Part shown: positions 37,662 to 47,011 of the stretch, in pieces
How the letters are laid out: the number at the start of each line of letters is the position of its first letter
Numbering within the stretch: the stretch's first letter is position 1
Assembly (NCBI GenBank): GCA_945878925.1
Contig: CAMDXE010000002.1
Coordinates: 1 to 54,646 of the forward strand
DNA length: 54,646 nt
Direction of reading: 5' to 3'
From: Chitinophaga pinensis
Lineage (GTDB): Bacteria > Bacteroidota > Bacteroidia > NS11-12g > UBA9320
Notes under the pieces: generated by a model
What the model saw: the letters and a program-made list of their open reading frames with translations, nothing else
Databases searched by the model: none
Told to the model about the DNA's origin: nothing
Program-made: the position numbers and the translations under genes

Positions 37662-40600
37662 TTGAAGGCAACTATTCGTATACTATTTTTTATTGGTTTT
37701 CTGATAAGTACTGTTGGAAAATTAGCTGCCCAATGCAATGCCGCATTTACAATCAAAAACCCCCTTTGTTTTGGAACATCCATTCAATTTAAAGCCTCCG
37801 ACACTACGAGTACTTTAAGCTATGAATGGGATTTTGGAGATATTTTTTCTGGCATGTCAAATGCCGATACCTTGCGCAATCCGATTCATTTATTTTCAAA
37901 AGCCGATACGTTTACGGTTGCATTAATGGTTAGCGACACCAATGCTTGTAGAGATACATTTTATAAAACCATTATTGTTGTTGCCAAACCTGTGGCCGAT
38001 TTTAATTTAAAAAATGGATGCAGTAATTTCAAGGCTGGGTTTATCAATTTGTCGACGGCAGGCCAAGGCGATTCGATAAGCAATTGGTCTTGGGATTTGG
38101 GAAACAGTACAAGCTCAAGCTCAAAAAATCCATCTTCGGTATATACCTCTTCGGGCACCTACAACGTTCGATTAATTGTAAATACGGCCTTTGGATGCAG
38201 CGACACTCTAAATCGAAAAATAACGATTTTTAAAACACCAGCCGCGCGAAGCGATCTACTATACGTTTGCAAAAATGCTCAAGTTAATTTTGTTGCCGAC
38301 ACCTTAAGTACAGCCAAATCGTTTAATTGGGATTTTGGCGACAGTAGTTTTTTTGCCAGTCGCAGTGCATCACACGTCTATAAAAAAATAGGGTATTTGT
38401 ACCCAACCCTTAGCGTTGATTTTGGAACGACCACTTGTCAAATTAATTTAGATAGTATTTTAGTTTATCCATTACCCAATGCAGTCTTTAGCTCACTAAA
38501 CGACACCCAATGTTATTTGAATAATTTGGTGTGTTTTAAACTTTTAAATCAGCCAAAAAACATTAAGTCGCGCACCTTTTTGTTTGATGATGGATTTTAT
38601 GACGATTTTTCGGCTTTATCGGATACGGTTATTTGTCATAAATATACCGATCCAAAGGGTGGAACCTATTTTATCACTCAGGAATTGGTAGACTCAAATA
38701 CGTGTATGAATTCTTTCACTTCGCCTTATCCAGTGTTAATTTTTCCTGAACGCATTGCCAAATTTACGTTTACGGGTGCCAATGGTTGCTTTAAAACCAC
38801 CGTTAATATTATAAATACCTCAAACGCCTCTCCTCCAAATATTGCAAAATTTATGTGGGATTTAGGCGACGGTGCAAAGGATAGCAGCAATTGGAGCAAT
38901 TTTAACTATACGTATTCTGCCAGCGGTAATTTTAATATTACCCTCGAAATCTGGGATACCAATGGGTGTTCGAGCACCTACACTGCCAATAACACCGTTA
39001 GCAATACAAGCTTTAAAGTAGATGCCAAACTGGATTCGAGCAGTGGAAAATGCTTGAGCAACAATAATTTTTTCTTTAAGCAAACTCCTATATCAGGTGC
39101 CTCTATTCGATGGACATTTATTCCATCGGTGGAGTCAACAGCATTTTCAAGCAATTACCGATTTTTAAATCCGGGCTTATATTATCCAACGGTTACCATT
39201 AGTAAAAATGGCTGCGACAGTTCTTTAATCTTAGATTCAATTGTGGTACATGGGCCCCAAGCTAGAATTGGCAACATAATCAACCGTTATCAGTGCCAAA
39301 TTAAAGATACCGTATATTATAGCAATACCTCCACATTATTTCGCAATAACAGCATACAAGTGCTGTGGGACGCCGGCGATGTATTTGGTCCATCATGCAC
39401 CAGTATTAGCAAAGATTCAATAAATATAGGGAAGAACTGTCGGTATTCGAAAGATCCTTGGTTTTTTAAACATTTATATAAAAAAGGGAAAGAAGCCTGT
39501 TATTATACCAAGTTGGTAGTTTCAGATTCGAGTATAGGATGTAGCGATTCTGTATATGCCGCTATTCCGCTTATGGCTCCAAAAGCCAAGGGATTATTTA
39601 CACCTAGCATTATCAAACCATGCCCAGGACCTGAACAATACAAATCGTTGACCTTCGATCTAAATCAATCGCAACCTTCCTGCCTTAAATACGCGTGGTG
39701 GTTGATGTGGGATTCGCTTAGTGCACGAAAATCTGGAAATTTTAATTCGTTTTGGCAATTCAATTCGCTGGGCACGAATTACGCATATGGAAAATATCCT
39801 GGTGACAGCAATGGAATGGTTACCATTGGACTCATCGTAGAAAATGGCTTAGATACCAATGGAAAAGTTTGTCGCGATACTGGGTGGTTTCATCATTCGG
39901 TAAAGGTAACAAGAATGTCGCCGGTGTTTTTTAGCAACTATTCGACGCAAACGTATTATTGCCCAAATTCGAGCCTTCAATTTTTTGCTTTAGATTCGAA
40001 CCAGGCTGCTGGAACCCAATTTGTATGGAATTATGGCGATGGATCAAGTTTAAATACGACCAATCAATCGGCGGTTTGGCATAGGTTCAAAAAAGCAGGA
40101 AAATACCAAATAAGCTTAACGGTCATTCATCCTAATGGATGTAGTGGAAGTACGTCGATGTGGGTGAATATTGGAGTATATAAAAATTTTTCTCCTACAT
40201 CTTCTTTAAATTGTATAAACGATTTGTTCCAAATAATTGAACTTAACCGATATTTTGATACAGTAAGTGCAGGCTCTGGTTTTTGGAGCAACCCTGCAAG
40301 AAAATTGGCTGGAAAAGAGCTAGTTCATTATGATATTGGCGACGGTAAGGGATATAGAGATATAGGGCCTAATCCCAAAATAAGGTATTCGTATCCGGGT
40401 ACTTATAAACTTTCGATGGCTATAAAAGACAGTGCCGGATGTTGGGATACCTTATCAAACTATCGCACCCTGCGCGTGTCAGGAATTTATGCCAATTTTA
40501 CCCTCCCCGACGATTCTTTGCTATGCGCTCAAACCATAGATATTAAATCATTAGCCACTACGGTTGATTCAACAGGACTGACCGGTGATTTTGTAAAAAA

Positions 40601-43600
40601 GTGGGAATGGGATTTTGGTTCGAGGTATGCCAAAAGTTTCAATACAAATCCACGGCGTTTTTTTGCTATTGATGCTTATTTTATAAAACTAAAGGTAACC
40701 AATTCGTACAACTGCATCGATTCGATGACTAAGCCATTAGTAATAATTGGTCCACGTGCAGCATTCGATTTTATTGGCGACAGCATTGGGTGCGAACCGC
40801 TGATAATTTCTTTTAAAAATAAAAGTAAAAATGCCAATGCCTACATTTGGCAATTTAACGACAAAAGCAATGCGGCTTATGGCACCACAATGGATACAGC
40901 CGTTCAATTTAAGTACAAAGGACAAGGCATATTTTTTCCTCAGTTAATAGCCCGAGGGCAATATACCAAAAATGGAATCACCCAAACCTGCGATGATATT
41001 TATCCCGATACCAGCCTTGCTGCCAAACGAACGGTTGTCGTTTGGGAGTTGCCAAAACCACAATTTACATGGGTTACCAATTGTGCAGCGTCAACCACGA
41101 GTTTCAAAAACGAAAGCACTATAAGCACCGGAAGTATTGTGGCTTTGAAATGGTTTTTTGGAGATAAAACAAGTTCGTCGAGTATAAACCCGGTGCATAT
41201 ATATGCCGATACTGGCCATTACCGTGTCGTTCAATATGCATATAGCAGCATGGGATGTGTAGATTCGATCGTAAAAATTGTGGTGGTGTCTTTAGTTCCC
41301 ATTGCTAATTTTGGCTTCAAGAGCGTGTGCCAAGGATCGGGCTTAGGGTTTAAAGATTCGAGTTTTGCATATACCGATCGCATCTATTTATGGCGATGGA
41401 ATTTTGGTAATGGAACGTTTTCGAATGTAAAAAATCCTACAAAAAATTATGCGGTCGACAATACCTACCAAGTGATGCTAAAAGTAACCAATGTGGCAGG
41501 ATGTTCGGATAGCATAACAAAACCGGTATTGGTTTATAGCAAACCAAAGCCCGCCTTTAACTCCTCCAATGTTTGCCATCAATCTGAAATGGACTTTAAA
41601 AATACATCCACTTCAAAACAAACCTTGCAATCGTGGGTTTGGAATTTTGGGGATGGAAATAGTAAAACAACTTGGGATTCAAAAAATACCTATATCACTT
41701 CGGGAACCTATTCTGTTAAATTAAAATTGACGACCATATTTGGATGCAAAGATTCGATGGTTAAAACAGCAACGGTGCACCCCAACCCTTTGGCTAAAAT
41801 TAACAGCAATCAAAAAAATCAATGTTTTAAATACCACAATTTCAGATTAAGCGATTCGAGTATAATACAATCGGGCAGCACTACATCCAAGTGGACTTTA
41901 GGAAACCAAGACTCGTCGAGCCTGCAAGCGTTCAATTATAGATATTCGAGCACAGGGAAATACGCGATAAAACTCATCTCAGTTTCGGGCTTTAATTGCC
42001 GCGATACAGCTTACGACAGTTTAAGTGTTTTGGCTATGCCAATGGTAAATTTTTCAATCAATCAAACCAATCAATGCCAGCGATATAATGTGTATGCACT
42101 TCAAGATTTGGGAAGTATTTCGCAGGGGTCATACACTAGGCAATGGCAGTTTGGCGATGGAAATTCGTCGACCAACGCCAAGGTCAACCACCATTATAAC
42201 GACACCGGACGGTATGCCCTAAGGTTAATTCTTACTTCAAATTTAGGATGTAAAGACACTAGTACTCAACAAGTGCGGGTTTGGCCAATGCCAAAATCAC
42301 AGTTTACGATCAATGATACATCGCAGTGTTTAAATGGAAATTTAATGGTTTTTACCAATACAAGTACCACGGCTTGGGGTACTTTAAATTATCGCTGGGA
42401 ATTTGGCGACAACGCTTCGTCAAGCAGCACTAACGCATCGCACAGCTATGCTTCGCCCGGTACTTACACCATTTTGCTTGAAGCAAATAATGTAACGAAT
42501 TGTAAAGATTCGGTTAGGCATTCGGTGCGTATCCACCCAATGCCAAAAATAGCCTTCCGAATCGATGATTCCTTGCAATGTTTAACCGGCAATGTGTTTA
42601 AATTTAACAATACTAGTGCTATAGTTTCTGGAAATTTAAGCTTCAAGTGGAACTTTGGCGATGGAAGTTTATCAAGTGTAATAAATCCCCAACATAGCTA
42701 TACTGTACAGGGTACCTATCAAGTAAAATTGATTGTTTTATCATCGTTTGGGTGCTCCGATTCAATAATCCAATATTTAACAGTTTACCCTCAGCCAAGA
42801 GTTAGGCCAAGGGTAAATGTAATGAATGGATGCATTAACGATCAAAAATTTCAATTTGAAGATAGCAGCTCTATTGTATTAGGAACCATTTCGCGCCTAT
42901 GGAAATTTGGAGACAGTACAAGCACTGCCACAAAAAATCCTTCAAAATCGTTTCCCTATGCTACATCTTATAAAGTTTGGTTAATACAAGAGTCTAATTA
43001 TGCTTGCATAGATTCATCGTCGCTTTCTATTCAGATTTATCCTAAACCCACGGTAAGCTTTGGTGTAAACGATACAGACCAATGTCTTTTCGGCAACGCC
43101 TTTGTATTTACCAATACGGCAACTATAGCCACCGGAACACTAACGCATGCTTGGCGATTTGGCGACGGCAAAACCGCCAATACCAAGAATGCTGCCAATA
43201 CTTACTCGACTTATGGAAAGTATAATGTGGCCTTAAAATCGGCAAGCAACTTTGGGTGTACCGACTCGGCTTTGGCAATTATTAAGGTAGATCCAATGCC
43301 TATACCTGCTTTTGCCATCAATGCAAACGAACAGTGTTTAAAATCGAATGACTTTAAATTTACCAATGCCAGCAACATTGCCTCGGGCACTATGAATCAT
43401 TTTTGGAAATTTGGCGATGCTGGAAAATCTATCCTTAAGTCGCCTGCTTATAGCTATGCCAAAATAGGTAATTATAAAGTTACTCTCATTTCGACTTCCA
43501 ATTTTGGATGTGTGGATTCGGTTGCCGCAACCGTTTTGGTAAACCCTATGCCCATAAGTAAATTTCTTATAAACGACAGCACACAATGTTTTAATACTCA

Positions 43601-46025
43601 AAATTTTATTTTTACCGACCAAAGCACCATCCTTTCGGGAAGCATAAGCAGGCGATGGGTTTTTGACGATGCCACAAGCTCGACGTTGCCAACGGTTGCG
43701 AAAACTTACAGTACAGATACCACACATTTTATAAGCTTAATTCAAACATCAAACCGAGGATGTTTAGATACGCAAACAAAATGGATTATGGTTTATTCGG
43801 CTCCAAAATCAGATTTTAGCATTAACGATACCGATCAATGCTTGAATCAAAATAATTTTATTTTTTTATCAAAAAGTACCTTGCGAAAAGGAAGCATGAC
43901 CCTAAAATGGAAATTTGGAGATAATTCAAATAGTACACTTTCGAATCCGTCGCATCGGTATTTTGCCTATGGCAATTTTAAGGTTACATTGATAGCCACT
44001 TCCGATAATGCATGTGTCGATTCGGTGTTCAAAAATATCAGAGTCGATCCCATGCCTTCGGTTGCATTTACAGTAAACGATACTGGGCAATGCATCAACA
44101 ATCAAAACTTTGTTTTTACGAATAAAAGTTCGATTCCGTTAGGCAATATGGGGCAATTTTGGAAATTTGGAGATGCTACGACTTCGGCTTTACTCAATCC
44201 CGTAAAAACTTATGGAAAGGATACGACGTATTTTGTATTGCTTACCCAAACCAGCAATAAAAATTGTAAAGATTCCATTGGCAAATGGGTGGATGTACAT
44301 CCAAAACCCCTGGTTTCTTTTAGCATTCTTGATTCGGTACAATGTTTATTCCAAAATACATTTAGTTTCATTAATAGCTCAAGAATCAAATCGGGAAGCA
44401 TGGCTTTTACTTGGAAATTTGGAGATGGCAATACTGTAAAGTCTTTGGATGCCAACCATTCGTATTCGAATTCGGGAAATTACAAGGTTCGCTTAGCCTC
44501 CATTTCCGATTTAGGATGCATCGATAGCAGTGATAAAACAGTAACGGTTGCCCCTATGCCCAAGGTTAATTTTTCGATAAACGATGCAGGGCAATGTTTC
44601 CGAATTCAAAATTTCAGGTTTACCAATACGTCAACCCTCTCATTAGGTACGTTTACATCGAAATGGCAGTTTGGCGATTTGGATTCCGTTTCGTCACAGC
44701 ACGCCATGCATACGTATAAGAATATTGGCCATTATTACCCTAAACTGAAAATAACAAGCAACGAAGGGTGCAAAGATTCGATAAGTTATGATGTATGGGT
44801 TCATCCAAATGCACTGGCTCAATTTGCAATAAACGACAGCGACCAATGTATTAATCAACAGGCTTTTAGCTTTACTAATACGAGTACAGTGAAAGCCGGA
44901 CAAATTAAAAATTTGCTTTGGAATTGCGGAAATGGGCAATCCTCTTCGTTAAATTTTGTAAAAAGTTATTATCCCCAATCGGGCAGCTACTTAATTACAC
45001 TGCAAACCACAACCGATAGTGGATGTGTTGACAGTTTCAAAAATACAATTCGTGTTTATCCTAAGCCAAAAGCTCTATTTAGGGTTAACGACAGCGCGCA
45101 GTGCCTCTATCAAAATCAGTATATTTTTACCGATGAGAGCTACGATTCGTTAGGGGTACTCAACTATTGGTGGAATATCAATAATGAAAATACACAAACG
45201 GGGTCAATAGCAAACTATACATTCATTAGCCCAGGAAAAAAGAATGTAACCTTAAGGGTTACTTCACAAAAAGGATGTGGTGATACCATGCAAAAAGAGG
45301 TATTTGTAAAACCAATGCCCGATCCAAAATTTGAAACCTTAAACTCGCATTATTGCGAATTGACAGGCCCATACGCCTTTAAACCCAATACCCTTGGCGG
45401 TAATTTCTATGGAAAAAATAGTTCTAATAATTCCTATAGCCCTTTTATTTTATGGGCCGATACGCTTAAATATAGAGTAACCGTAAATGGGTGTACCGAT
45501 AGCAGTATTCAATACACCAATGTTTATCCTGGTCCACGAGTAGATTTAGGAAACGACACCATAGTGTGTAAATACGAAGCCCTTGAATTGCGTGTAAAAT
45601 CGTGGCAATCGCAAATTATATGGAATACTGGAAACGAAGGGCCTTTCCTTAAAGTGTTGCTTCCTGGAATTTATTCGGTATTGGTTAGTAATATTTGTGG
45701 AACGAAAAGAGATACTATTGAAGTAGGGTTCAGGCCAATCAATTGTCGGTTTTTCTTGCCCACTGCTTTTACCCCAAACCAAGATGGAATTAACGACCGA
45801 TATAAGCCTATAATTTATGATGTGGGGGCAATGACCTATCGCATTTTTAACCGATGGGGTGAAATAATTTATGAAGGCAACGAGAGTGATAACGGGTGGG
45901 ATGGCACCTTCAAAGGAGAGATGGTGTCTCTGGATAATTATTTAATACATGCTTACTATTCCTATACAAGCGGTTTGCACACTGTAAATTTAGAAGAGTC
46001 GGCTATGTTTGTATTAATTCGATAA
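37662..46025 (+). CDS. giant (2787 aa) PKD-repeat cell-surface protein with T9SS type-B C-terminal sorting domain
   Basis: TTG start with the signal peptide MKATIRILFFIGFLISTVGKLAAQ. I count roughly 25-30 PKD-like modules by eye (W.FGDG..S...NP.H.Y...G.Y.V.L......GC.DS). The terminus FLPTAFTPNQDGINDRYKP..IFNRWGEIIYEG..GWDGTFKGE...FVLIR is a type-B CTD. Confidence 0.9.
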   Translation: MKATIRILFFIGFLISTVGKLAAQCNAAFTIKNPLCFGTSIQFKASDTTSTLSYEWDFGDIFSGMSNADTLRNPIHLFSKADTFTVALMVSDTNACRDTFYKTIIVVAKPVADFNLKNGCSNFKAGFINLSTAGQGDSISNWSWDLGNSTSSSSKNPSSVYTSSGTYNVRLIVNTAFGCSDTLNRKITIFKTPAARSDLLYVCKNAQVNFVADTLSTAKSFNWDFGDSSFFASRSASHVYKKIGYLYPTLSVDFGTTTCQINLDSILVYPLPNAVFSSLNDTQCYLNNLVCFKLLNQPKNIKSRTFLFDDGFYDDFSALSDTVICHKYTDPKGGTYFITQELVDSNTCMNSFTSPYPVLIFPERIAKFTFTGANGCFKTTVNIINTSNASPPNIAKFMWDLGDGAKDSSNWSNFNYTYSASGNFNITLEIWDTNGCSSTYTANNTVSNTSFKVDAKLDSSSGKCLSNNNFFFKQTPISGASIRWTFIPSVESTAFSSNYRFLNPGLYYPTVTISKNGCDSSLILDSIVVHGPQARIGNIINRYQCQIKDTVYYSNTSTLFRNNSIQVLWDAGDVFGPSCTSISKDSINIGKNCRYSKDPWFFKHLYKKGKEACYYTKLVVSDSSIGCSDSVYAAIPLMAPKAKGLFTPSIIKPCPGPEQYKSLTFDLNQSQPSCLKYAWWLMWDSLSARKSGNFNSFWQFNSLGTNYAYGKYPGDSNGMVTIGLIVENGLDTNGKVCRDTGWFHHSVKVTRMSPVFFSNYSTQTYYCPNSSLQFFALDSNQAAGTQFVWNYGDGSSLNTTNQSAVWHRFKKAGKYQISLTVIHPNGCSGSTSMWVNIGVYKNFSPTSSLNCINDLFQIIELNRYFDTVSAGSGFWSNPARKLAGKELVHYDIGDGKGYRDIGPNPKIRYSYPGTYKLSMAIKDSAGCWDTLSNYRTLRVSGIYANFTLPDDSLLCAQTIDIKSLATTVDSTGLTGDFVKKWEWDFGSRYAKSFNTNPRRFFAIDAYFIKLKVTNSYNCIDSMTKPLVIIGPRAAFDFIGDSIGCEPLIISFKNKSKNANAYIWQFNDKSNAAYGTTMDTAVQFKYKGQGIFFPQLIARGQYTKNGITQTCDDIYPDTSLAAKRTVVVWELPKPQFTWVTNCAASTTSFKNESTISTGSIVALKWFFGDKTSSSSINPVHIYADTGHYRVVQYAYSSMGCVDSIVKIVVVSLVPIANFGFKSVCQGSGLGFKDSSFAYTDRIYLWRWNFGNGTFSNVKNPTKNYAVDNTYQVMLKVTNVAGCSDSITKPVLVYSKPKPAFNSSNVCHQSEMDFKNTSTSKQTLQSWVWNFGDGNSKTTWDSKNTYITSGTYSVKLKLTTIFGCKDSMVKTATVHPNPLAKINSNQKNQCFKYHNFRLSDSSIIQSGSTTSKWTLGNQDSSSLQAFNYRYSSTGKYAIKLISVSGFNCRDTAYDSLSVLAMPMVNFSINQTNQCQRYNVYALQDLGSISQGSYTRQWQFGDGNSSTNAKVNHHYNDTGRYALRLILTSNLGCKDTSTQQVRVWPMPKSQFTINDTSQCLNGNLMVFTNTSTTAWGTLNYRWEFGDNASSSSTNASHSYASPGTYTILLEANNVTNCKDSVRHSVRIHPMPKIAFRIDDSLQCLTGNVFKFNNTSAIVSGNLSFKWNFGDGSLSSVINPQHSYTVQGTYQVKLIVLSSFGCSDSIIQYLTVYPQPRVRPRVNVMNGCINDQKFQFEDSSSIVLGTISRLWKFGDSTSTATKNPSKSFPYATSYKVWLIQESNYACIDSSSLSIQIYPKPTVSFGVNDTDQCLFGNAFVFTNTATIATGTLTHAWRFGDGKTANTKNAANTYSTYGKYNVALKSASNFGCTDSALAIIKVDPMPIPAFAINANEQCLKSNDFKFTNASNIASGTMNHFWKFGDAGKSILKSPAYSYAKIGNYKVTLISTSNFGCVDSVAATVLVNPMPISKFLINDSTQCFNTQNFIFTDQSTILSGSISRRWVFDDATSSTLPTVAKTYSTDTTHFISLIQTSNRGCLDTQTKWIMVYSAPKSDFSINDTDQCLNQNNFIFLSKSTLRKGSMTLKWKFGDNSNSTLSNPSHRYFAYGNFKVTLIATSDNACVDSVFKNIRVDPMPSVAFTVNDTGQCINNQNFVFTNKSSIPLGNMGQFWKFGDATTSALLNPVKTYGKDTTYFVLLTQTSNKNCKDSIGKWVDVHPKPLVSFSILDSVQCLFQNTFSFINSSRIKSGSMAFTWKFGDGNTVKSLDANHSYSNSGNYKVRLASISDLGCIDSSDKTVTVAPMPKVNFSINDAGQCFRIQNFRFTNTSTLSLGTFTSKWQFGDLDSVSSQHAMHTYKNIGHYYPKLKITSNEGCKDSISYDVWVHPNALAQFAINDSDQCINQQAFSFTNTSTVKAGQIKNLLWNCGNGQSSSLNFVKSYYPQSGSYLITLQTTTDSGCVDSFKNTIRVYPKPKALFRVNDSAQCLYQNQYIFTDESYDSLGVLNYWWNINNENTQTGSIANYTFISPGKKNVTLRVTSQKGCGDTMQKEVFVKPMPDPKFETLNSHYCELTGPYAFKPNTLGGNFYGKNSSNNSYSPFILWADTLKYRVTVNGCTDSSIQYTNVYPGPRVDLGNDTIVCKYEALELRVKSWQSQIIWNTGNEGPFLKVLLPGIYSVLVSNICGTKRDTIEVGFRPINCRFFLPTAFTPNQDGINDRYKPIIYDVGAMTYRIFNRWGEIIYEGNESDNGWDGTFKGEMVSLDNYLIHAYYSYTSGLHTVNLEESAMFVLIR
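41778..45334 (+). repeat. in-frame tandem array of 14 PKD-like modules, period ~84 aa (~252 nt), inside the 2787-aa gene
   Basis: Fourteen consecutive units each contain ..P.P.A.F.IND..QC...N.F.FTN.S....G.....W.FGD...S....P.H.Y...G.Y.V.LI..S..GC.DS... The W-K-F-G-D codons at 43908, 44160 and 44412 are exactly 252 nt apart. The copies are diverged at DNA level. Confidence 0.8.
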
Positions 46026-46057
46026 GTTAGGAGCTGCCCTACTTTTGATTTCTAGGT

Positions 46058-46942
46058 TTATTTGGAAGCTGCGCTTAAGGCTTGAATCATCATGGTGCCA
46101 ATTTCTGCTGGAGATTCAACTACATGTATGCCGCATTCGGCCATAATTTTCATTTTGGCTGCTGCTGTGTCTTCGGCACCGCCAACAATTGCGCCAGCAT
46201 GTCCCATTCTGCGGCCAGGAGGGGCCGTTTGTCCGGCAATAAATCCAACCACAACTTTTTTGTTGCCTGTGGCTTTTATCCATCGGGCTGCATCGGCTTC
46301 GTAACTTCCCCCAATTTCGCCAATCATAACTATGGCATCGGTTTCGGGGTCGTTCATCAATAATTCGACCGCATCTTTTGTAGCTGTGCCTATAATTGGA
46401 TCGCCACCTATACCAATGGCAGTAGATACGCCAAGACCCGCTTTTACAATCTGATCGGCGGCTTCATAGGTTAAGGTTCCCGATTTCGAAACAATGCCAA
46501 TTCTTCCTTTTTTAAAAACAAAACCGGGCATAATCCCAACTTTGGCTTCGTCGGGTGTAATTACTCCAGGGCAATTTGGCCCAATGAGTGTACAACCACG
46601 AGATTTTATATAAGCTTTTACCGGAATCATATCTTTTACCGGTATGCCTTCGGTTATGCAAACAATTACATGAATGCCAGCATCGGCTGCTTCCATTATA
46701 GCATCGGCAGCAAACGGAGGTGGAACAAAAATAATGGATACATTTGCAGCCACTTTTTCAACGGCTTCTTTAACAGTATTAAATACGGGTCGATCTAAAT
46801 GCGTTTGGCCCCCTTTTCCTGGGGTAACGCCTCCAACTACATTCGTGCCATATTCTATCATTTGGCCTGCGTGGAATGTACCTTCGGTGCCCGTAAATCC
46901 TTGAACAATAACTTTGGAATTTTTATTAACTAAAACGCTCAT
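46058..46942 (-). CDS. sucD: succinyl-CoA synthetase (ADP-forming) alpha subunit
   Basis: 294 aa with the motifs [23 protein letters not shown], the SKSGTLTYE motif and the phosphohistidine loop MGHAGAI. Confidence 0.95.
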   Translation of the reverse strand: MSVLVNKNSKVIVQGFTGTEGTFHAGQMIEYGTNVVGGVTPGKGGQTHLDRPVFNTVKEAVEKVAANVSIIFVPPPFAADAIMEAADAGIHVIVCITEGIPVKDMIPVKAYIKSRGCTLIGPNCPGVITPDEAKVGIMPGFVFKKGRIGIVSKSGTLTYEAADQIVKAGLGVSTAIGIGGDPIIGTATKDAVELLMNDPETDAIVMIGEIGGSYEADAARWIKATGNKKVVVGFIAGQTAPPGRRMGHAGAIVGGAEDTAAAKMKIMAECGIHVVESPAEIGTMMIQALSAASK

Positions 46943-46964
46943 GTATAGATTTTGAAAAGAGGGG

Positions 46965-46972
46965 CAAATGTA
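46965..46972 (-). promoter_or_regulatory. putative -7 box (TACATTTG on minus strand) for sucD
   Basis: The forward sequence CAAATGTA is TAnnTTTG on the minus strand, 22 nt upstream of the ATG at 46942. Confidence 0.3.
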
Positions 46973-47011
46973 AGCTTAAGTATTGATAAGTTTGGAGACA
47001 AATATTTGATA

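Noticed and set aside
41778-45334. Regular ~252-nt periodicity could be mistaken for a CRISPR-like or satellite DNA array.
   Set aside because: The periodicity is in-frame protein-domain repetition inside one uninterrupted ORF. The DNA copies are diverged, and there are no short identical direct repeats with unique spacers.
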